Shown piece after piece: positions 56,481-64,000 of a stretch of DNA of 64,000 bases. Both the position numbers and the translations under genes were made by a program. Location of the stretch: positions 32,001 through 96,000 of the forward strand of contig JBILLK010000024.1 of NCBI GenBank assembly GCA_044376115.1. Direction: 5' to 3'. The notes beneath the pieces were generated by a model. That model was not told where the DNA came from. It saw only the letters and a program-made list of their open reading frames with translations, and did not search any database. Source of the stretch: Polyangiaceae bacterium (GTDB lineage: Bacteria; Myxococcota_A; Polyangia; Polyangiales; Polyangiaceae). Position 1 is the first letter of the stretch. Every line of letters starts with the position of its first letter.

Positions 56481-56690
56481 ATGCACGCAGAACATAGTTG
56501 GCACATGGCGCAAGGCGCCTGGGAGAAGGCCAAGGGCAGCATCCGGCAAAGCTGGGGAGCCATGACCGACGACGACATCGCCGAGTGCAACGGCAGCCGC
56601 GAGGTGATGATCGGCAAAGTGATGCAGCGCCAGGGCGTCGACCTACCCACGGCAACCAAGCAGGTTGATAACTGGTTAAAAGCCTTATGA
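56481..56690 (+). CDS. CsbD/YjbJ-family general stress protein
   Basis: GAWEKAKGSIRQSWGAMTDDD...GSREVMIGKVMQRQG...KQVDNW. Confidence 0.88.
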   Translation: MHAEHSWHMAQGAWEKAKGSIRQSWGAMTDDDIAECNGSREVMIGKVMQRQGVDLPTATKQVDNWLKAL

Positions 56691-56751
56691 CCCCGGGCCC
56701 AGACTGTCACTTCCAACGAGTCACGGAACCCACAATGCCCGGGAGGTATCT

Positions 56752-57225
56752 ATGAATCCGATTCAATCCGCATTAGCGGACGCTACGCAGGATGTCAGCG
56801 AGACGACGAGCGCGGTCAACCACGAGGTCAAAGATGGCTTCGTCGAGTTGATGGAGCGCGGCGGCCGCTTGCTGAAGACCGCACGGGCGTTTGGCTTTCC
56901 CGAGCTCCTGAGCAGCATTGGCTTGCGGCGCAAGTCGAGCCCATGGGCGCAGCTCGGTCTGTTCTCCACCGGCGTGCTCGTCGGGGCAACCGCGGGCCTC
57001 CTGCTCGCGCCCAGCTCGGGCGCAAAGCTCCGTGAGCAGATCGTCACGCGCACCAAGCGCACGCTATTCCCAGCCAAACAAGTCCCCGGTACCCATCTAG
57101 CGCCGGTCGCCCCCGAGCCGGTACGCATCGAGAGCAACCACGTCGAGGAGAAGAAACCGGCCGAGCACGTAGCCGCCAAAGACATGGACGGCGTAAACCA
57201 CAAACGCGACGGCGCCGGCAGATGA
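56752..57225 (+). CDS. YtxH-domain protein
   Basis: GVLVGATAGLLLAPSSGAKLREQI motif. RBS GGAGG. Confidence 0.85.
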   Translation: MNPIQSALADATQDVSETTSAVNHEVKDGFVELMERGGRLLKTARAFGFPELLSSIGLRRKSSPWAQLGLFSTGVLVGATAGLLLAPSSGAKLREQIVTRTKRTLFPAKQVPGTHLAPVAPEPVRIESNHVEEKKPAEHVAAKDMDGVNHKRDGAGR

Positions 57226-57299
57226 CGCAGGCCCCGTCGAGACCGACGGAGCCTCCAGCCCAATGCGGCGCCTAGACCTTCACGCGTGAAGTCTGCTGC

Positions 57300-58826
57300 T
57301 CAGTTCGCCGACCACACAACCCAGGCGCCCTGCGCCCAGTCGTCGTTGGCGTCGCGAAAGGCGCCGACGAAATTGGCCGTCGCGTCGAAGAAGGGACCAA
57401 CCGGCGCAACACCATTCGACGGGGGAGTCGCCGGGACGAGGTTGAGCATATTCATGTTGTCGCAGCCCGGAATCCCCGGGTCCGTGGTGGTGTTCACGTT
57501 GTTGGCCGCTGTCGCAAGCCAAGCCACCTCATCAAAGCCAGCGTCATCGTCGTTATAAGGCGAAGGAGCGTTCTCAGGATAAGCAACGAGTGTATTACCG
57601 AAGACCACCGAGTTTTCGAACTCTAGCTGCGGTCCCGAGCCGTTACGCACGTCCACCCCGGCCTCGAACCCAGAGATCAACGCGTTAAAAATGTGGGCCC
57701 GCGTATTTTTGCGCAGGAGCATCCCGTATTGCTGCCCTGCATTGTAATCTTGCCCACAGAGCGTCACGTTGTAGATGGTGGGCTCGCTCAACGGGAGGTT
57801 CCCTGAACCAGCGGCGTCATTGTCCCCTTCAAAGCCGTTCATATCTTGGGGCACCGGGTAGGCCACGTCTTGCTGAAGGACGAGGAACTGCATTTTACCG
57901 CTATAACCAAAGTCCCAGTCGAACCCGTCATCCCCAGGCGCTTGGCAGATCAGGTGGCTGACGTTCACCGTCCCGCCGAAGAACTCAAAACAGTCATCGG
58001 TCGTTTGGCGAACCATCACGTGGTTGACCACGGTGCCGCTACCAACTCCGCCAAACGTAACTCCGTTTAGTTCATTGTTCGGCGCAATCGCCTTACCGCC
58101 ATATTCGACCCGGACGTACTCGAGCCTGCCGCTGTTGTCGGCGGGGTTGTTGCCGCCATATTTGGCGTTGTTCACGTCAACGATGCCTTCAACGGTCCCT
58201 TCGATCTCCACGCCGTTCGCGTCGAGCACGTTGATGGGTGCGTTGCCGAGGATCACCAAGCCGCCCCAGTCACCCGGGTCGGCGAAGGCCCCGCCCTCGC
58301 TGGTGAATACAATCGGCCGATCCGGCTCGCCCACCGCTTCGATCTTGGCGCCAGGCCGAATGACCAACGCAGCTCCGGTGGTCTTGTCGCCGAAGACTGT
58401 GGTGTTGGCCTCAATCGTGAGCACCGCGGGAGCCTGGACGAAGACCTCGCCGGTCAACTTGTAATTCTTGTCACAGGTCAGCGTGAAGTCGGAGGTGATC
58501 TCTCCTTCCACGGTCACGGTTGCCTTCTCGGCAATCGGGACGTCGCACGGGTTGGGGCCCATGCCGCCCATACCGCCCATGCCGCCGCTGGCCATGCCAC
58601 CCATGCCGCCGCTGGCCATGCCGCCCATGCCGCCGCTAGCCATGCCGCCCATGCCGCCGCCGCCGTTGGTTGCGCCTCCGCCCCCGTCGGCTCCACCTGT
58701 TCCGCCGCTGCCGGCTGTCCCGCCTCCACCGTTGAGACCCACGCGGTAATCACCGGCGCCGATGATCAGATCGCAACCCGCGAGCGAAAGCACCATAACC
58801 AAGGAGCCGATTCGTGAAGTGCGCAT
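57300..58826 (-). CDS. Surface lipoprotein with beta-helix domain
   Basis: Lipobox LAGC, (GGMGGMAS)n linker, PIVFTS...GDWGGLVILG, DNSGRLEYVRVEYGG, DDCFEFFGG and NGFEGDN motifs. TAATG overlap with the upstream gene. Confidence 0.82.
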   Translation of the reverse strand: MRTSRIGSLVMVLSLAGCDLIIGAGDYRVGLNGGGGTAGSGGTGGADGGGGATNGGGGMGGMASGGMGGMASGGMGGMASGGMGGMGGMGPNPCDVPIAEKATVTVEGEITSDFTLTCDKNYKLTGEVFVQAPAVLTIEANTTVFGDKTTGAALVIRPGAKIEAVGEPDRPIVFTSEGGAFADPGDWGGLVILGNAPINVLDANGVEIEGTVEGIVDVNNAKYGGNNPADNSGRLEYVRVEYGGKAIAPNNELNGVTFGGVGSGTVVNHVMVRQTTDDCFEFFGGTVNVSHLICQAPGDDGFDWDFGYSGKMQFLVLQQDVAYPVPQDMNGFEGDNDAAGSGNLPLSEPTIYNVTLCGQDYNAGQQYGMLLRKNTRAHIFNALISGFEAGVDVRNGSGPQLEFENSVVFGNTLVAYPENAPSPYNDDDAGFDEVAWLATAANNVNTTTDPGIPGCDNMNMLNLVPATPPSNGVAPVGPFFDATANFVGAFRDANDDWAQGAWVVWSAN

Positions 58827-59851
58827 TAGAAGCTCCCTTTCAGCGACAAATTCTGAGGTCCAATAAAGAGCGACACCGATTCACCGGAACCACCGGACGC
58901 GAGCCCGATGCCCAGCAACGTGGCCCCGAGCGCTACCCCGACGCCTCCGATGATGAAGGTGGCGGTAGAAACGCTGGCAAACGTGTTCATGCTGTCAATG
59001 TCCGATTGGGCCGACGCGGGGCACAATCCCTCGACGCAGACCTCATCCAGGCTGGATTGCTTGCCCGAAGCCAGCCCACCGAACACCGCACCGAGGATCA
59101 GGCTCGCGCCGCCCACACCCAACGCGACTCCGCCCGCGGGAACGAGCGGGCTCGAGCCCGACTCAACGGGTGCGGAGGGCGGTTTCACCGGCTGCTCCGG
59201 TTTCGTTCCCGGATCGACGGGGGGAGTCACCTCGGGCGTTGGTTTCACAGCGTTCGGATCGGGCTCGAGTTTGAGCACGAGCTTCTCTGTTTGACCGCTG
59301 ACCAGCGTGATCTCAGCCGTCGCCGTAAGAAAGCCTGGAGCCGACGCTGAGATTGAGTGTTTGGTCGGATCAGCGGGCCGGTCCACGCCCAGCAACACGG
59401 CATCCACAGGCTCGCCGTTGTCGGTGACGGTGATGACCGTATTGGCCGGGGCCTCCACCTCGAGCTTCAGCCGAGCGAGCTTCTTGAGAGCATCCGGCAG
59501 CACCTTCCGGGCACGATTTTGCGCCTCGATAAAGGCGTCCGGCGCCCGCTCCGGCAGCACCGCGCGTGCAGCCGCCTGCAAGTTCTCTGTGCCGGCAACG
59601 ACTTTACCCGAAGCAATTTGGCACTCCCCGAGCGGGACGATGATCGAGGGCACTGGCAGGAGCTTTTTGGCCCGACTGAGCTTGTCAATCGCCTCATCGC
59701 AGCGGCCTTCGCGCGCGGCTGTAACACCCTCTTGACCAAGGGTACGCGCCGCCGAAAGCTGAGCCTCGTCCTGTGCGAAGGCAGTCGTGGGGACCAAGAG
59801 CCCCAAAGATAGCGTGAACAGCGCAGCGTGGCGCCGAAGCGAAAAACTCAT
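58826..59851 (-). CDS. Exported TPR + PEGA-like protein with Gly-rich helices and C-terminal Phe strand
   Basis: Signal peptide, TPR-like helices, beta domain (HSISASAPGF), Pro linker, ends in IGPQNLSLKGSF. Confidence 0.8.
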   Translation of the reverse strand: MSFSLRRHAALFTLSLGLLVPTTAFAQDEAQLSAARTLGQEGVTAAREGRCDEAIDKLSRAKKLLPVPSIIVPLGECQIASGKVVAGTENLQAAARAVLPERAPDAFIEAQNRARKVLPDALKKLARLKLEVEAPANTVITVTDNGEPVDAVLLGVDRPADPTKHSISASAPGFLTATAEITLVSGQTEKLVLKLEPDPNAVKPTPEVTPPVDPGTKPEQPVKPPSAPVESGSSPLVPAGGVALGVGGASLILGAVFGGLASGKQSSLDEVCVEGLCPASAQSDIDSMNTFASVSTATFIIGGVGVALGATLLGIGLASGGSGESVSLFIGPQNLSLKGSF

Positions 59852-59907
59852 GGGGCCATGTTAATGTGGTGCGAGGCCAACATGCCAGAGGCCTGAATAA
59901 GAAAGCC

Positions 59908-59934
59908 CTGTTGCAAAACTGTCACCTGCAACAG
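59908..59934. promoter_or_regulatory. Inverted repeat CTGTTGCA-N11-TGCAACAG in a divergent promoter region
   Basis: Perfect 8-bp arms between the PEGA gene and the kinase gene. Confidence 0.45.
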
Positions 59935-59975
59935 CGCAGAAGCGCATAAGCTCGCATTCTCACACCGAGGACCCC

Positions 59976-61514
59976 ATGACCACTCTCACGCCACTCGCTC
60001 CCGGAGGACATCTCGGCCGCTACGAGCTGCTCACTCCGATCGCGCAAGGGGGCATGGCGACCGTATGGGCGGCTCGCCAATCGGGGCTGCACGGGTTCCG
60101 CAAGACCGTCGCGCTTAAGACGATGCTTCCGGCGTTGAGCCACGATCCGCAGTTCGAGCGGATGTTCCTGGCTGAAGCGCGGCTGGCGATGCGGGTGCAT
60201 CACCCCAACGTGGTTGAAACGCTCGATCTCGGGGAGGAAAACGGGCAGCTCTTTCTCGTGATGGAGTGGGTAGACGGCGAGTCGCTCTCGATGCTCATGA
60301 AGGCCATCGAGAACACCGAGGAGCGGTTCCCAATGCGGCTCGCGCTGGCCATCTGTGCGAAGGCTTGTCGCGGGCTCCATGCTGCGCATGAAGTAACCGA
60401 CGACGATGATCAACCCGTCGGGATCGTTCACCGCGACGTGTCGCCGCAGAACGTGATGATCAGCTACGACGGCCACGTGAAGGTGGTCGACTTCGGCGTG
60501 GCCAAGAGCCAGACGGAGCTCGGAGCAACGCAGGTTGGGCAGTTCAAAGGCAAGGTGCCGTACATGGCCCCCGAGCAAGCCGCAGGAGAAGCCATCGATC
60601 GTCGCACCGACATTTTCGCGATGGGCACGTTGCTCTATCGGCTCACCACCGGGAAGCACCCGTTCATCGGCGGGACAGAAGGCCTGACTATCGCCAACAT
60701 CGTCGGCGGGGTTACGCCCGCGCTGCCGAGCCACGTCAACTCGCAGTACCCGGTCGAGCTCGAGAAGATCGTGATGCGTTGTCTGGAGAAGGACCCAGCC
60801 AAACGCTTCGGCGACATGGCGAAGTTGGCCCAGAGCCTGGACCAAGTGCTCCTGACCCTGGGCGCGCCGGTCGCAGATGACGAGCTCAGCGCTTGCGCCA
60901 AACGTTACCTCGGTGAGATGCGTAAGCAGCGCAGGACCGCGATGCGCGACGCAGCCCGTGCGCTCGGCTGGGCCCTGGCAACGAGTGATTCGTTGCCGCG
61001 CATTTCGATGCCCGGTCCGCACTCGATGACACCGAGCAGTCCATCATTCGTCAGTAACTCGAAGGTGTCGTTCACGCCGAGCCTGACCGGAACGGGCAGT
61101 CTGAGTCATGTCGTGAGTGCGCCGCCCAGCGCCCGTAGCCAACAACCAGGGCCGCGCCGCAATCTGCTTTTGCCACTGGCGCTCTTGGCAGGCGCTGCCG
61201 TTGGTGGCGTGGTGCTCGCCTTCGTCGTCTCGAGGAACGCTGGGTCGGAGACGGCCCCTCCAGCGGCGGCCACACCACAACAGCCGGCTTCCACGAACGT
61301 CCCAGCGCAGACGACGACGGCAGCCCCGCCAAAAGAACTGCCCGCTCCGACCGCTACGCCCGGGGCCCAACCTGATTCGCCGAGTGCAAACGCTAGCGCG
61401 CAAACTTCATCTCACAGCCCCAAGCCGTCCAACGCCGGAAGGCCCCTCCCAAAGCCTGCTCAGCCCACGAGCAAACCTCAGAGTTGGGGCGCAGGGCCTG
61501 ACCTAGGTTTTTAA
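59976..61514 (+). CDS. Transmembrane Ser/Thr protein kinase
   Basis: AQGGMA, ALK, HRDVSPQN, DFG, GKVPYMAPEQ. TM helix. Pro-rich tail ending WGAGPDLGF. Confidence 0.94.
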   Translation: MTTLTPLAPGGHLGRYELLTPIAQGGMATVWAARQSGLHGFRKTVALKTMLPALSHDPQFERMFLAEARLAMRVHHPNVVETLDLGEENGQLFLVMEWVDGESLSMLMKAIENTEERFPMRLALAICAKACRGLHAAHEVTDDDDQPVGIVHRDVSPQNVMISYDGHVKVVDFGVAKSQTELGATQVGQFKGKVPYMAPEQAAGEAIDRRTDIFAMGTLLYRLTTGKHPFIGGTEGLTIANIVGGVTPALPSHVNSQYPVELEKIVMRCLEKDPAKRFGDMAKLAQSLDQVLLTLGAPVADDELSACAKRYLGEMRKQRRTAMRDAARALGWALATSDSLPRISMPGPHSMTPSSPSFVSNSKVSFTPSLTGTGSLSHVVSAPPSARSQQPGPRRNLLLPLALLAGAAVGGVVLAFVVSRNAGSETAPPAAATPQQPASTNVPAQTTTAAPPKELPAPTATPGAQPDSPSANASAQTSSHSPKPSNAGRPLPKPAQPTSKPQSWGAGPDLGF

Positions 61515-61633
61515 CCACTAGGCGCGGGCTCAGGTCCACTGCGCAGGGCTACGCACAGCTCCCACCTACCTGAGTTCTCAAGTCCTCAAACGTTGAGCCG
61601 TCAACAATAAACGGGTAAGGTTGTCAACACACG

Positions 61634-63100
61634 ATGGCGCAATCACAACCGTTTGGTACCAGCGAAGAAACAATGGCGGCGCCGTTGCGAGTCGGTCCGA
61701 ACGAGAGCGTGCCGGCCTTGTCAACGGGTGACATCGTCGCTGGCCGCTATGAAATTGATGGGTTGGCTGGAGATGGCGGCATGGCTGTCGTCTTTAGCGC
61801 GCGGCATGTTCACCTCAACGAGCGCTTCGCCGTCAAAGTGCTTCGTCCGGCCTACGCGGCAAACCCGAACATAGTTTCAAGATTTTTGCAGGAGGCTCGC
61901 GCGGCCGCGCAGCTGCGCAGTGACTACGTCTGTCGCGTGTTTGACGTCGGCATTCACCAAGACATGCCGTACATCGTCATGGAGCTCTTGGAAGGAGAGG
62001 ACCTGCGGGACTATCTGCACCGCGTTCAAACCGCCTCCGCTGAAGACGCTGTCGAGTTCATCATTCAGGCGTGTGAAGGGCTCGCAGAAGCACACGCAGC
62101 GGGCCTCGTCCACCGCGACATCAAGCCGGAGAACCTCTTTCTCACAGTCCGTCGGGACGGCTGGAGAACCGTCAAGCTGCTCGACTTCGGGATCTCCAAG
62201 CTGATCGATCCGGAGACGCTCAACACCACGCTCCGGCGCCACGTCGACACCAAGGACCTGCTCGGAACTCCGCATTACATGGCTCCAGAGTGCATCCGCA
62301 GCAGCAAAGACGCGGGCCCCATGTCGGACATTTGGGCGATGGGCGTCGTGCTCTATGAGCTCTTGTCCGGCAAGCTACCCTTCCCAGGAACGACGGTCAC
62401 CGAGATCTCGGCTTCGATCTTGGAGACCGAGCCGGAGAGCCTGTTGGCGATCAACCCGGAGTTGCCTCCGGAGCTCGTTGAGTTGGTGCACTGGTGTTTG
62501 GCCAAGCAGCCCGAGCTGCGGGTCACCTCAGCGAGCGAGCTAGCGGTTCAACTGTTGCCCTTTGCCCCTCGCCGCTCTCGAGCCGTGGTGGAACGCATGC
62601 AATCCTTGGCTAAAGCCCAAGGAGAAGTGTTCGACATTCCGCCCTCAGGCTTCCCTCCCCCGCCAGACGCTCCGACCTCGGTGCTCAACCCCGTAGCAAG
62701 CACCCCGGCTAGCGCGCCAGAGCCGCGCTCGACAGCGTCGATCATGTGGTGGGCGTTATCGGCCGTGTTGGCCTTCGCCATCGCTGGCACCATCACCTAT
62801 ATGAGCGTCAAGCGCGGTGATTCGAAAGTGGCCGTGCCGGTGTCGACGGCGGAAACAGCCGCAGCCACCGAAGACGCACCGCCGCCCCAAGCGCCCGCTG
62901 CATCGACGCAGAACCCAGGCGGGTCGCCGACCCCGCGCGTCGAATCACCGCCGCCTCCGGCGCCCACCGTCGAGGAGCCCAAGCCAGAACCGCGGGCCGG
63001 TGCAAAACCGAGCAAGCCGCAACCACAGCCTGTTGCAAAGCCCGCCACGCCGAAGCCAGCTTCAACCTCCTGGCAAACCGGGCCCGACCTCGGCTTTTAA
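61634..63100 (+). CDS. Transmembrane Ser/Thr protein kinase
   Basis: GDGGMA, AVK, HRDIKPEN, DFG, GTPHYMAPE. TM helix. Pro-rich tail ending WQTGPDLGF. Confidence 0.94.
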   Translation: MAQSQPFGTSEETMAAPLRVGPNESVPALSTGDIVAGRYEIDGLAGDGGMAVVFSARHVHLNERFAVKVLRPAYAANPNIVSRFLQEARAAAQLRSDYVCRVFDVGIHQDMPYIVMELLEGEDLRDYLHRVQTASAEDAVEFIIQACEGLAEAHAAGLVHRDIKPENLFLTVRRDGWRTVKLLDFGISKLIDPETLNTTLRRHVDTKDLLGTPHYMAPECIRSSKDAGPMSDIWAMGVVLYELLSGKLPFPGTTVTEISASILETEPESLLAINPELPPELVELVHWCLAKQPELRVTSASELAVQLLPFAPRRSRAVVERMQSLAKAQGEVFDIPPSGFPPPPDAPTSVLNPVASTPASAPEPRSTASIMWWALSAVLAFAIAGTITYMSVKRGDSKVAVPVSTAETAAATEDAPPPQAPAASTQNPGGSPTPRVESPPPPAPTVEEPKPEPRAGAKPSKPQPQPVAKPATPKPASTSWQTGPDLGF

Positions 63101-64000
63101 GCCCGCTGCTGTGTCGTGCGGATCCAAAGGATCTCGACGACCATCGTCGTTAGCGCGATAGCGCCCCAGACCAGCGGCGCAACGCCCAGCGCGTGCATGA
63201 ACGCGCCGCCGCATATCAACGTAGCGAGCATCAAGCTCAGCAGCCAAGCACGGCTCGCCAGCGTCATCGGCGCCGGGGCGGGCGTCTTGAGTACCCAGGC
63301 AAAGGCGTTGACCAGGCGAATCGAGGCCCGGCCGAGTGGGTCGCCGACCCAGCGCCACAAGGTCCCGCCGGCTTGAATCGCGGTTACTCGTTGCGCCCGC
63401 GCGATGTGGTTGGCAATCCAACGTTCGCTTTGCTGCGCTACTTCGCCGACCTCGGCCTCGACCAGGACCTCCATGTTGGTCATCGATAGCGGGTCAAGGT
63501 TGAAGCTACCCACAAGCAGCAGTTGGCCGTCGAAGACGCCCACCTTGGCGTGCAATACCGAGGCACGCCATTCGTAGATGGTCACCCCGGCAGGCAACAA
63601 CTGATGATAGAGGCTGCGGGTGGCCGCGCGCGCCAGCGGGATATCGCTTCGACCGGCCAGCAGCAGCACGACCTCGACGCCGCGAGCGCGAGCGGCAAGC
63701 AAGGCGCGAATCATTCCGGCGTCAGGCAGGAAGTAGCCGTGGGCGAGCGTGATACGCCGCTCGGCTTGCTGCACCGCTAACATATAGCGACGGCGCAGTT
63801 GGTATCCGCGGCCCAGCGCCGATAGATAGATACGCAAAGGCCCCTCTCGCAACAATGCGCGAAGGGCGTTTCGTCTCGCTCCCTCGTTCACCCCCGCGCG
63901 CAGCCACTGGCCCAATCGGAGGCACTGAGGGCCCCGCAGTTCAACCGCTACATCGGCCCAACCACGGTGCCCCTTCGCGCTGAGGTTCTCGTCGCCGATG
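63097..64000 (-). CDS. Cardiolipin synthase-like phospholipase D (ClsB-like), 5' end outside the window
   Basis: LHAKVGVFD HKD motif, GSFNLDPLS, YFLPD. The frame stays open to the window edge (IGDE...WADVAVELRGP). Confidence 0.85.
   Translation of the reverse strand, partial: IGDENLSAKGHRGWADVAVELRGPQCLRLGQWLRAGVNEGARRNALRALLREGPLRIYLSALGRGYQLRRRYMLAVQQAERRITLAHGYFLPDAGMIRALLAARARGVEVVLLLAGRSDIPLARAATRSLYHQLLPAGVTIYEWRASVLHAKVGVFDGQLLLVGSFNLDPLSMTNMEVLVEAEVGEVAQQSERWIANHIARAQRVTAIQAGGTLWRWVGDPLGRASIRLVNAFAWVLKTPAPAPMTLASRAWLLSLMLATLICGGAFMHALGVAPLVWGAIALTTMVVEILWIRTTQQRA

Noticed and set aside
59870..59890. Sigma54 promoter for the PEGA gene (TGGCATG...)
   Set aside because: The GG-GC spacing is 14 nt, not 12.
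1..64000. tRNA, rRNA, integrase or prophage genes
   Set aside because: No cloverleaf, rRNA-like stretch, recombinase or phage structural motifs were recognised by eye.

Overview
GC-rich bacterial DNA, most likely Myxococcota (Polyangiaceae-like), judged from a MXAN_5187-type gene, MYXO-CTERM tails, many Gly-linker lipoproteins and four Hanks-type Ser/Thr kinases. Housekeeping anchors are trxB, a family-4 UDG, mpl, leuS, a ChaC-like gene and a partial cardiolipin synthase. A 6S RNA gene with its own promoter and terminator lies at about 9.1-9.3 kb. Most notable accessory content: (1) a translationally coupled operon of Roadblock/MglB-like + membrane-anchored double Roadblock + coiled-coil/photoactive-yellow-protein (PYP) genes; (2) a 14-kb block in which a cytoplasmic kinase-FGE protein and a divergent FHA-winged-helix regulator sit among three promoters sharing an 11-bp-period direct-repeat box; (3) a HUH/Y1 (RAYT-like) gene followed by an array of 45-bp palindromic repeats; (4) two paralogous lipoproteins fused to a leaderless type IV pilin-like domain; (5) two kinases ending in the same WxxGPDLGF peptide, divergent from a TPR/PEGA-lipoprotein pair. 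All calls come from reading motifs by eye. No database searches were run.
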